A DNA stretch of 63,966 nucleotides, the filler included, from Folioceros fuciformis (taxonomy: Eukaryota), in assembly GCA_049999805.1 (NCBI GenBank). It is 6 parts of 6 records of this genome, joined end to end, with 100 filler letters (N's around TTAATTAATTAA, not from the genome) between each part and the next. Parts side by side here need not be neighbours in the genome. Positions count along the whole stretch, not along the records: positions 1 to 21,622 come from JBNGIO010004456.1; 5 more parts are not named here. One strand, given 5' to 3'. The notes under the pieces are model-generated. The model saw only the letters and a program-made list of their open reading frames with translations. It did not search any database and was not told the DNA's origin. Positions 12,785 to 21,722 of the stretch are shown here, piece by piece. The position numbers were made by a program, and so were the translations under genes. Position 1 is the first letter of the stretch; each line of letters begins with the position of its first letter.

Positions 12785-12979
12785 TGAGTGGGATTTGGAG
12801 AGTCCACAACTGGGACACTCTGGACATCACACCTTGGATTGGCTTGGTTGAGTGGGATCCGGAGAGTCCACAACTGCGACACTCTGGACATCACACCTTG
12901 GATTGGCTTGGTTGAGTGGGATCCGGAGAGTCCACAACTGCGACACTCTTGACATCACACCTTGGATTGGCTTGGTTGT
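12785..12979. repeat. 64-bp tandem repeat x3
   Basis: gagtgggat...gagagtccacaactg(g/c)gacactctggacatcacaccttggattggcttggtt begins at 12786, 12850 and 12914. Confidence 0.9.
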
Positions 12980-13612
12980 TGCTAGAAGCCTATCCACAAG
13001 CCATCACTGTTGGACATGAGCGCTCACACTGAAAGCAACCAGCGATTTGTCACCATACAGAAGGAAGCCATCCAACACTACCACAACCCTCTGCCGCCCA
13101 ACCAAGAGGGTTGATGCTGACATGCTCGCAAATCGAACACCTAGTGGGATGTGTAATATCAGCGATACAAACTTGTTCCCCCCTAGTGAAAAAAGGTCGG
13201 CTCTAAGTAAAACCCCGTTGCGCAAAGATATGGATGCTCCCTACACATAAGAAACCCATACTTCCTAGCCATTTAGAACATGACATCTCGAACTCCATCA
13301 TAAGTAGCAATATGGTACCCCCCAAAGAGACAACGTGTCATGTGGATGGCATTACACTGCCCCCAAAGAGACAACACGCAAGATAGGTGGCAGTATGGTG
13401 CCCCTGTAGAGACAACGTGCTAGATGGGTGATAATACGATGCCCTCAAAGAGACAACGTGCCGAATGGGACTTTGTATCGACAACGACAACCCCACAACT
13501 GCATTAGAAAAATAAAAAACCAAAGAGTGGACCAAACCTAAGTGAAATCTCATCGTGGTGGCGAAAGTTGCTGGTGTGAGCATGCCATACCACTCAACCA
13601 AGTCATGTGAAT

Positions 13613-13762
13613 TCACATGACTGACTCACACTCACCGAAGCTCACATAACTGCCTCACACTCACTGAAGCTCACATGACTACCTCACACTCACTGAAGCT
13701 CACATGACTGCCTCATACTCACCAAAGCTCACATGACTACCTCAAACTCACAAAGCTCACAC
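13613..13762. repeat. 29-bp tandem repeat, about 5 copies
   Basis: Units of tcacatgactgcctcacactcactgaagc. Confidence 0.85.
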
Positions 13763-14699
13763 CAAATCAAACAATGATGTTGCTATGCACAAGTCGCCGA
13801 TCGCAATGGCCACACAAAGCACGGTCTTTCGTTCACAACATGGGTTTAAGTCACTCGGCAACAGCAACTCCTAAAACTCGTCAAGTTATTAATGCAAGCA
13901 AGTGTGCAGTCGTGGGGTCCATCATGGGGTCGACCACTTTGATACCGGTAGCCGGTGGAGCCAGCATGCCCTCGGTGGAGTTTGGCATGCACATAGTCAT
14001 TGCCTCATACATGCACAGCCAAATCACATACGCCCGTGTATGCCGGGGTCGAAACAACTCACATACGCCCCCGTGTATGCCGAGGTCGAAACAACTCACT
14101 TACGCCCGTGTATGCCAGGGTCGAAACTCACATGGACGTCGTTGCCACAGTTTGCGATAGCAAACACTTCAAATCTCGTTTTCAAGTAAGAGTGTTTTCC
14201 TTCATTACTAAAGGGAAGTACAGAAGGCTCATTCTGAAGCTCACGTCAAGAGCTTTCTTCTGAATCAAGAATCAAAGTATACAGGTAAACATGGAGACAG
14301 AAAATTACATTCAAAGAACGAGTTGGTTGCTATCTTCTTTGACACATACCAAAACATATACTGGACCATATCAAGATAGAGATAGCTTTTTCTGAATCCT
14401 ACAATAAGAGCATTTTTTCTAATCCATTCTTACAGCCTAAGAATCAGCATAGACACGGGAATAGACATTCAAAGAACTCATAACAAAAGCTGAGTTGGTT
14501 TTCTTCTCTCACACATAGCTCAAGATATCTTCAACAAAAGCAGGGTACAGATGACTCATTTTGAAGCTTGAATTGAGAGGGTTTTTTTGAATCAAGCCAT
14601 GGAGTTTGTGGGCAAGTATGGAGACTACAAAAACCATTCAAAGATATGATAAGAAGCTAGTTGTTGACCAAGATCACACTTATTCTCATCTCGTGGGAG

Positions 14700-16652
14700 G
14701 ACTGTGGACATCTTCTCCTTCCTCACCTTCTTCGAATGCTTCCAGCTATTTGCAAGCTCAACAATGCTCTTTTTTCGTTTCGAACTATCACCAACACTAT
14801 TAATCGGGCTTTCACTTGTCGTAGCTTACATAACAGAATGTTGGCTCCAGCATATGCATGCTGAAGCAAAGAAGGATTTGCATATTGTACAAGATCCTAC
14901 AGTGCTTGAATTGTATACTCCCAATCTATGTATGAGCATTTTTGTAGCATAGCTTGAAGGTTGTTGGAAGCTTGCACCCCTCCGACACATGACGTGTCCT
15001 CTCCTACATGACAAGGTTTAGTGTTTGTTGAAGTATTGTTACATACAAGTGTGAGAAGGAGGTCCCGAGTTTAATGCAATTGCCCTTTCATTTGTAATAC
15101 CTTTGCTTAGTGTTTGCAGAAAAAGCCTTGCATTCCTCTTGGACAATTGCAGCATGCCCAGTCCCCTACAGGATTGTAAACTGTGTATATCAGCCTTTTA
15201 TCTATGTAGCTTTGCACAAGAGCTGGTTCTTGATCGTTAGTAGGAAGTGTAACATGGTCCTCAGGTATAGAATGAGAGCTCCTCACTGCATTTCCGATAA
15301 TCACCTCTTGCTTTCCATTGTGCTTGAAGCCATGTTGTTTTGTAAAGAGCTTGTGCTAATACACTTTGCATACTATATCCGTTAGTGTATGGAGCGACCA
15401 ATCCATACGCCGACCTCGCAGATGCATAAAATCATGGCTCAACATGGACTTTAAGAAGCCATGCCAAGCTTCAATTGATGAATTGCAGTCCTAGCCAGCA
15501 TGTGGCATGGTCCTGGAATACTTTAACTACATAGATAGCACCTCCTCCCACTGATTCTTGAAGTACTAAATGAACTTTGGAGCTTCTCTTTCATAATCCA
15601 CATATAATTGTTGTAGCATCTTCCTGGCCTCAGCTTCTGTGTGCCAACGACGAGAAACATACATGATGTTACCAAGGCGACTAAAGATTGCTACTCTTGT
15701 CCTCCACTACCTAACCTTAAGCAACAGGTGTCGTAGCCAACATTTTCTAACATGCCATAAACATAGCAAGATTGGCACAGCCTCCTCCCATATGGCTCGT
15801 AGAGCACCTATTTTAGTAGCAACATCATCCACAAGGAAAGCACTGGGTTGCCACAGTGGACTGTGATGCTATATATGCATTTGAAATGCATACAACCATG
15901 CCTGGATATCCTCCAATTTACTACTGTCCGTGATAATCCAAGCAGAAGGACTCCACTATAGTAAGTATCAAAGACCAACAAGGTGTACAAGTGGAACTTG
16001 TACTTATTGATTCCAAAAGTGGCATCAAGGGAGATCACACTATTATTTCCAAATTGAGGCATCATAAACCTCTGAAAAGTTGTTTGCACCCCTAGTGTAA
16101 AGGGGCCTGAATTGGAATGGTATCATACGATGTCATTGTGAGCTTCTATCCACATCTGAACACATACCTCATCGTTCGGAAGGTACTGGTAAAAGCATGT
16201 GGTAACAGTTGATGCAATGTTATCAATGTCATGAGGTTGAAGGAAGTCATCACGACAGGGTTCATAACTACATGCCTGTACTTTTAAATCCACTCTTTAA
16301 ACGTGCTCTAAATAGATTTGTCTTTTATTGGCTCCTGCAAACAGTCTGTGTTGGACCCATGTTCGTATCTCACTCCTCAAATGAGCAGCAAACCTTACCT
16401 GTGGGTTTGCATTGTACTGAGAGCAGTGACAAATTTCACCGGAGTTGTCAATGTGTTGGTTATGGACAATAGACACCGTTGCAAGATGAGGCCAACAAGC
16501 AAGCTGATTAACATCAAAGTGGTATTGACAACCACGCTTCACACTAGAGAGTCTTAATATCTTGCCTTTGCGTTTCCCTATGCTTTGAGATGCCTGTATA
16601 GCTAGCTCGTTGCTAAAAAAATATGTTCCTCCAAAGGCACACCAATAACAAG
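14700..16652 (-). pseudogene. MULE transposase/SWIM zinc-finger protein, central and C-terminal part (stops and frameshifts); lower boundary approximate
   Basis: YWCAFG...KRGCQYHF...HNQHIDNSGEICH; MULE core ISLDATFGINKYKFHLYTLLVFD; LCLWHVRKCW (CxxH); SWIM motif ACCNCPRGMQGFFCKH. Resembles the plant SWIM/MULE family of Arabidopsis At1g60560/At4g13970 (recognised from memory). Confidence 0.85.
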
Positions 16653-17100
16653 GTCTAACCTAGATAGGCGGATTCCGCCATTTCGGGCTTCGCGAAATTT
16701 TGACGCTCAAAATTCATGTCAGATATATGCATTTTCATGCGTTTTTTTCCAGGGATGCATAAATGTGGCGGAAAAGAGTATTGCTTACGAACGTAAACAT
16801 CAATTTTTTTCTAAAGTATAAGCAAATTTGCGGGTGTCCTTGCATTCAAATACATGATAAAACCCCGTAATATGGCGGGTATCACGTAATTCAAGTGTTA
16901 TCCGATTCCATGTAAGGTCCTGCGTGTTTGAGCTATACTTCATATCAGTTGACCCTATTCTTGAAAATTATCACCTGTCGATGTTTGTCTACATTTTCCA
17001 GAAAGGGTAGTGGGGTGCGCCGGTCAACCAGCGCCCTTTACCAAAGTAGCCCGGTGCACTTCAACTTGTTTTAGGCCGGTTGACCGACAATCTACCAAAG

Positions 17101-18085
17101 TCACATATATGGCAATTGGAAAGTGAAACTTGCCTGTCGCTCCATACAAAAGTTATCATACCAGTTTGTACTTAATACTTTTATCCAATCGTCTAACAAG
17201 TTTTCATTATTTTCAGGCGGTAGTGTTTTCTGGTCGCGATTGAGGACGTATAGGTCTCTACGAATCAAGGTCCTCGTGCGGGAGGAAAGCTGCTTTTGGC
17301 GTGTCAAATCAAATCCATATGCTAGAATGAAAGTGTCTTCAATTAATAATGTATCTATACGCTTCCGAAGTCTTCTGCTTGGCCTGCGTCTGTGACCTCC
17401 TTATGACCCTCTTTGCGGATCTTCATGCGGTAAAATCATCTCTTCTTGGTAACGACCCTCAAAAGCATCTGAACATTTGGTGACCCATTAGTGCACTTTC
17501 ACATATGGTTCTTTGCATGTAACATCAACCTCTAAGACTTTGGCAATCCAAAACGGCCTATTGTCTTCGTCAGTCTTGCAAGGGACAGCAATCATATGCC
17601 CTTTTTCTATTTCTGTTATGTCTCCGTTCAAACTTTCGCGGTCGTCACTGAGGTCCGCCTCCCTATGGTATGCACCCACATACATGTTTCTTCTGGGAAT
17701 CTCGCGGATTCGTGGATTGTGAACAATGATTTCGTCCGGAACAGTTACGGGTGCATTCAATAATTTTGCCGCCTCTCGATTATACCACCGCCAAGGAGAA
17801 TCAAGGTCTTTATCTACACCGGAGTTGATTGAATGCAAGATAGCCTCTTGCTCTGCCCAAAACCCATCCCACCACATGTTCTTGCCTGCTCCTAAGTGTT
17901 GTCCTAAACTCAACTCCAGTTTTGATATGATTTGTGCTAGATGATATTCAAGCACATTGTCCGAAACTGTCCTCTGTTTTTTGCTTCTAGATTGTCGATG
18001 TATAAATGGAGCAGCTTTGATATCTGTGTCCAGAATATGCTTGAGAAACTCGAAACCCTCATCTGGCGACCAATATTCATCTGTA
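17101..18085 (-). pseudogene. C-terminal fragment of a putative transposase-associated protein (SH3/Tudor-like tail)
   Basis: DEYWSPDEGFEFL...WWDGFW...GHMIAVPCKTDEDNRPFWIAKVLEV...VKVH*W...ILAYGFDLTRQKQL. The 5' part is missing and there are internal stops. The family assignment is tentative. Confidence 0.45.
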
Positions 18086-18098
18086 CAATACTCCCAAT

Positions 18099-18926
18099 GT
18101 GTACCTAGATGAAAACAAGTATGAATGGATGGAGGGGCATGTATATGCAGGACTAACAGAGGAGGAAATGAGAGTGCTCGCAGTAGATCATAATGTATAT
18201 GCAGATCAAAGAAAGAGAATGGGTTTCATTGAGCAAGTTCGGTATATCCATGACGAGCTTGATATCTGTTATAGAAAACACGGCTTGGATGAGAAGCCCC
18301 CTGTGAAGTGGAATTTCAACCTGTATAGGTTGCTTGGAATGACGGATGAAGGAGGAGACCCTTCGGACACTGATTGGGTGCAAAAAATAGTAGACAGGCA
18401 GACATTACCATATCGGGTGGCTAGGTGTAGTGGGATCCTATGGGAAAACGTAGACAGGATATTCTGAATGTGGGACTGGAGTGAGCTCCCTGAACAGATA
18501 GTAGGAGGAAGCTCTGGGACAAAGAAACGTGCAAAAGCCAAGAGGAAACCTAGGGAAGCTGGACTCGCTTCCAGTAATGCGCAAACGTCAGATGAGTCAT
18601 CGAAGAAGGTTGCAGCAATGCAGGGAAGGCCTTGGAGGGATTTTCAAGGAGTCCCAGCAGGGGTTAAAGGCGAGGAAATGCTTATAACTGTGACACAAAA
18701 GGTTATCCAGGGTAAGCTGCACCTGAAAGACGTGGACACAAAGGTAGGGAAAAAGAAAAAGATACATTTGATACAACATGCTTTCACGATGGCTTTGAAG
18801 TGTGCAACATTTGAGCAAGTGGAAGTCTTGTATCCCAAGCACATGGAAGACACACCTCTACTCAAGTTCCTAACTGCCTTCACAAAAGTGGTATGCTTGC
18901 TTTTCAAAGCCTTTAGATGTTTTTGA
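18099..18926 (+). pseudogene. ParB/Srx-like domain remnant plus helical region, with one in-frame stop at 18465-18467
   Basis: HVYAGLTEEEMRVLAVDHNVYADQRKRMGFIEQVRYI fits the ParB pattern V..L(T/S)DEEA..LAL.EN..R..L...E. The two listed ORFs share one frame. A possible splice donor GTG|gtatgc lies near 18890. Confidence 0.55.
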
Positions 18927-19182
18927 GCATGTTGGTTGGAGTGCGTCAAAAGACCGGCGCACTCCAGCTAATCTCTTGGGAATGCGCTGTTAAATAACAC
19001 ATTGCAGAAAAATGGCCGGAGTGCGCTGGTCTACTGGCCATTTTTCCGTAATGCGTTATACATTACGGAAGGGGTGCACGGGTCTACTGGCGCACTCCGG
19101 CCATTTTTTCGGAATGCATTATACATTACGGAAGGGATGCACGGGTCTACCGGCGCAGGGTTTTAGGGTTTTAGGGTTTAGG

Positions 19183-19881
19183 CATGGTGTTGTAGTGAAG
19201 AAACATTTGTTCTACTCGGCAGATTCTCTAGTTGTCTCGCCGTATCAAAAGCCCCTTGGTTTAATGGGTATGTTGGTGAATATGTTCTCCCCTAAAGGGA
19301 ACTGGGTAGTGGATGCTTGAGCAGGATCTGGGTCATTTCTATAGTCTACGATTCAAAGAGGAAGGCATGTTGATGCAGTGGATATTGATATAAGATGTAC
19401 CACTTACATCATGCAGCAGATGAATGGCCTAGGCTCTTCGCTAGACTCTGATGAGGAGATCAGCATAGAGCATTTCTTGCACGGGCCCACGAAGTTTTGG
19501 GCCAAAGGAGTCTGCGCGGATGGTAGCGTGGATCATTGGATGCAAGTATTCAGTTTGTTGGGAAAAAAAAGAGAGATATTTTCATAATCGGACGACACAC
19601 CAACGGAAGACCTTTATGCTATGACTATATGGGATGAGAATGGAACAATTCCGCCTGAGACTGAGGACAACCCGCATTTCTTTATTCTAGATGTAGAGGG
19701 GGACAACTTCGGAGACACACAGGGCCAGCGTCTTAAAGACGTAGATGTTGTAGTCGATTCTGAGGCCAATCAAGACATGTTTTTGTTTATAGGTGATTTT
19801 GAGAGTAGTGGAAGTGGATGGTATATTATGATTATGAACAAATTTGGCTATTTCGTTTTTAACTCCATGGGATGCAGATAG
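19183..19881 (+). pseudogene. Beta-class N6-adenine/N4-cytosine DNA methyltransferase, C-terminal (SAM-binding) part plus acidic tail, with in-frame stops
   Basis: One frame reads SPYQKPLGLMGMLVNMFSPKGNWVVDA*AGSGSFL*STIQRGRHVDAVDIDIRC. This matches the N6_N4_Mtase consensus HPTQKP..L...LI..FS..GD.VLDPFAGSGTT..AA...GR..IG.EID. Confidence 0.8.
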
Positions 19882-20156
19882 CCAGTTTCCTGTCCTTCAA
19901 ACATGCACTTTAGGGCGCCGGTAGACTGGCACACCGAAAGTAAGATTCTTTTTTTTCTCAAAGTTTTGGAGTTTGAAGGGTTTATGTACCACTTGGTTGT
20001 GGGCTTGAAGCAAATGTGTGAAGATCGATTATGTCTATCACACGTCAATATAAGTGGTTTTTAAAAAAAGGCAAAAAAGTGGATATGTGACTAGGATGGT
20101 GTAAATTCAAATGTGCACCAAACGGGCTTCGTGGAAAACAGCCGTCTGGGTTAGAC

Positions 20157-20486
20157 AAAGTATTGAATACTTGGTGTGCCTAAGCCAAGACCACATGTTT
20201 TGTCTACGTACAACGTTAGTTTCCCTTGCTGTTTTGTCAGCTTCTTTCCAGAACGAGATAGGAAATGAGCGATCCATACTAACTTCGTGGAGCAAGTCCT
20301 CCACTCTATCCCATCAATGATGGCAACATTAGACAACAACAGAGTACATTTTCTTTCAGGCAACACTTGTCTACCGATAACAGCAGAAGATAATGTCAAA
20401 TCTAGAACTTTGAAAGGACCTTGCGGTGGTTCTTGTACCTCCCACCCAATCGGCCAATCAAGACCAACTATTGCTTCTACACTCAT
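20157..20486 (-). pseudogene. N-terminal part of the MULE/SWIM gene, split off by the nested insertion
   Basis: MSVEAIV...VQEPPQGPFKVLDL...NVAIIDG/RVEDLL (frameshift near 20310) resembles the N-terminus of the plant SWIM/MULE family (VQDPP..F...DL...VALIPY.RVD.F). It continues in frame at 16652. Confidence 0.7.
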
Positions 20487-20519
20487 GACTTGAAATGTTG
20501 GACACTTGATAGATTGACG

Positions 20520-20670
20520 TTTAGAGTGAGTGATGAAGGCACTCGCGAGTTTGAGCGGTTGGTGAAGGCACTCACAAGTTTGAGCAGTTGGTGAAAGCAC
20601 TTGCAAGTTTGAGCGATTGGTGAAGGCACTCACGAGTTTGAGCGGTTGGTGAAGGCACTCGCTAGTTTGA
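20520..20670. repeat. 29-bp tandem repeat, about 5 copies
   Basis: Units of ggtgaaggcactcacaagtttgagcagtt. Confidence 0.85.
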
Positions 20671-21164
20671 GTGCATAATGTAAGTGAAATATAGAGCCTA
20701 ATAGTGTTCATGGTGTCGTGATCCATTTGTCCAAAAAATTATGTGGCATGTTGGCTTAACTACATACGATGCTTGGATGGATGCATGCTTGTAAGACCAC
20801 CACCAACATGCATCCCATATACCGGTGCATCCCACCGGAATATGAGTGGCGGGGACCACGTATGAAGACACACTTGCATTAATAACTTGACAAGTTTTAG
20901 GAATCGGGAGCAAAATTTTCCTGCACCTATGGCATAGCCAACGTTGTTTGCACAATTAATAAAATACTATAATTAATAAGTATAATATCTTCATCTCTAT
21001 ATTAATTTTTGTTAGAATGAAAGAATTTATCATATATTATTATTTTGCAATCAAATTATTGTGTCATGCAATAGTTCAAGAATAATATATTTTTATTTAT
21101 TTTTTTAATAAAAATAAGATGAAAATCCATTTACCTCAAGATAAATCTACGATTGGGACATCAG

Positions 21165-21604
21165 GGCTAAACCCTAAAGCCTAATGATTACCAATAGCAC
21201 CTAACCGCTTGAGGATTAATGACTACTAATAGCACTTAAACCCTTCAAGATTAATGATTACCAATAGCTCGTAACTCCCTAAGTCTAATGACTACTAATA
21301 GCACCTAACCCCCCCCCCCTTGAAGCCTAATAACTACTATTAGCACCTAACCCCTCTAAAGCCTAATGACTACCAATAGCACTTAACCCCTAAACTCTAC
21401 TGACTATCTAAAGACTAATGACTACCAATAGCACTTAACCCCTAAACTCTACTGACTATCTAAAGCCTAATGACTACCAATAGCACTTAACCCCTAAACT
21501 CTATTGACTACCAATAACACTTACTCCTCTAAAGCCTACTGACTACAAATAACACTTACCCTTCAAAAGTCTATTAACTACCAATAGCGCCTACCCCCTA
21601 AAGC
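21165..21604. repeat. Degenerate tandem array of about 33-36 bp with CCCTAAA-like cores
   Basis: ctaatgactaccaatagcacttaacccctaaa is repeated more than 10 times up to the contig end. Confidence 0.85.
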
Positions 21605-21622
21605 CTGTCTCTTATACACATC
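21605..21622 (+). other. Nextera/Tn5 mosaic-end adapter remnant (assembly artefact)
   Basis: CTGTCTCTTATACACATC is 18 of the 19 nt of the Tn5 ME and lies directly against the N run. Confidence 0.92.
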
Positions 21623-21722
21623 NNNNNNNNNNNNNNNNNNNNNNNNNNNNNNNNNNNNNNNNNNNNTTAATTAATTAANNNNNNNNNNNNNNNNNNNNNN
21701 NNNNNNNNNNNNNNNNNNNNNN
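21623..21722. other. Artificial spacer N44-TTAATTAATTAA-N44 (linker also at 30585, 49813, 59619, 62788)
   Basis: An identical 12-mer with stop codons in all six frames is centred in five N runs. Confidence 0.95.

Larger units (their letters stand above)
16653..20156. mobile_element. 3.5-kb TIR DNA element (deletion derivative) inserted into the MULE gene
   Basis: Left end GTCTAACCTAGATAGGC; right end reverse complement GTCTAACCCAGACGGC. An inverted subterminal motif at 17014-17036 and 19913-19935 matches at 19/23. Removing the element rejoins the flanking MULE frame. Confidence 0.8.
13869..20902 (-). mobile_element. Putative Mutator-like (MULE) element bounded by inverted repeats, containing a nested insertion
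   Basis: 13869-13898 tcctaaaactcgtcaagttattaatgcaag matches the reverse complement of 20873-20902 at 29/30, with weaker similarity extending inward and outward. The pair encloses the MULE/SWIM pseudogene. True termini and TSD are not resolved. Confidence 0.55.

Noticed and set aside
12785-12979. Regularly spaced repeats (here and at 54946-55200 and 62410-62743) as CRISPR arrays
   Set aside because: The units are head-to-tail with no unique spacers, there are no cas genes, and the context is eukaryotic. These are minisatellites.
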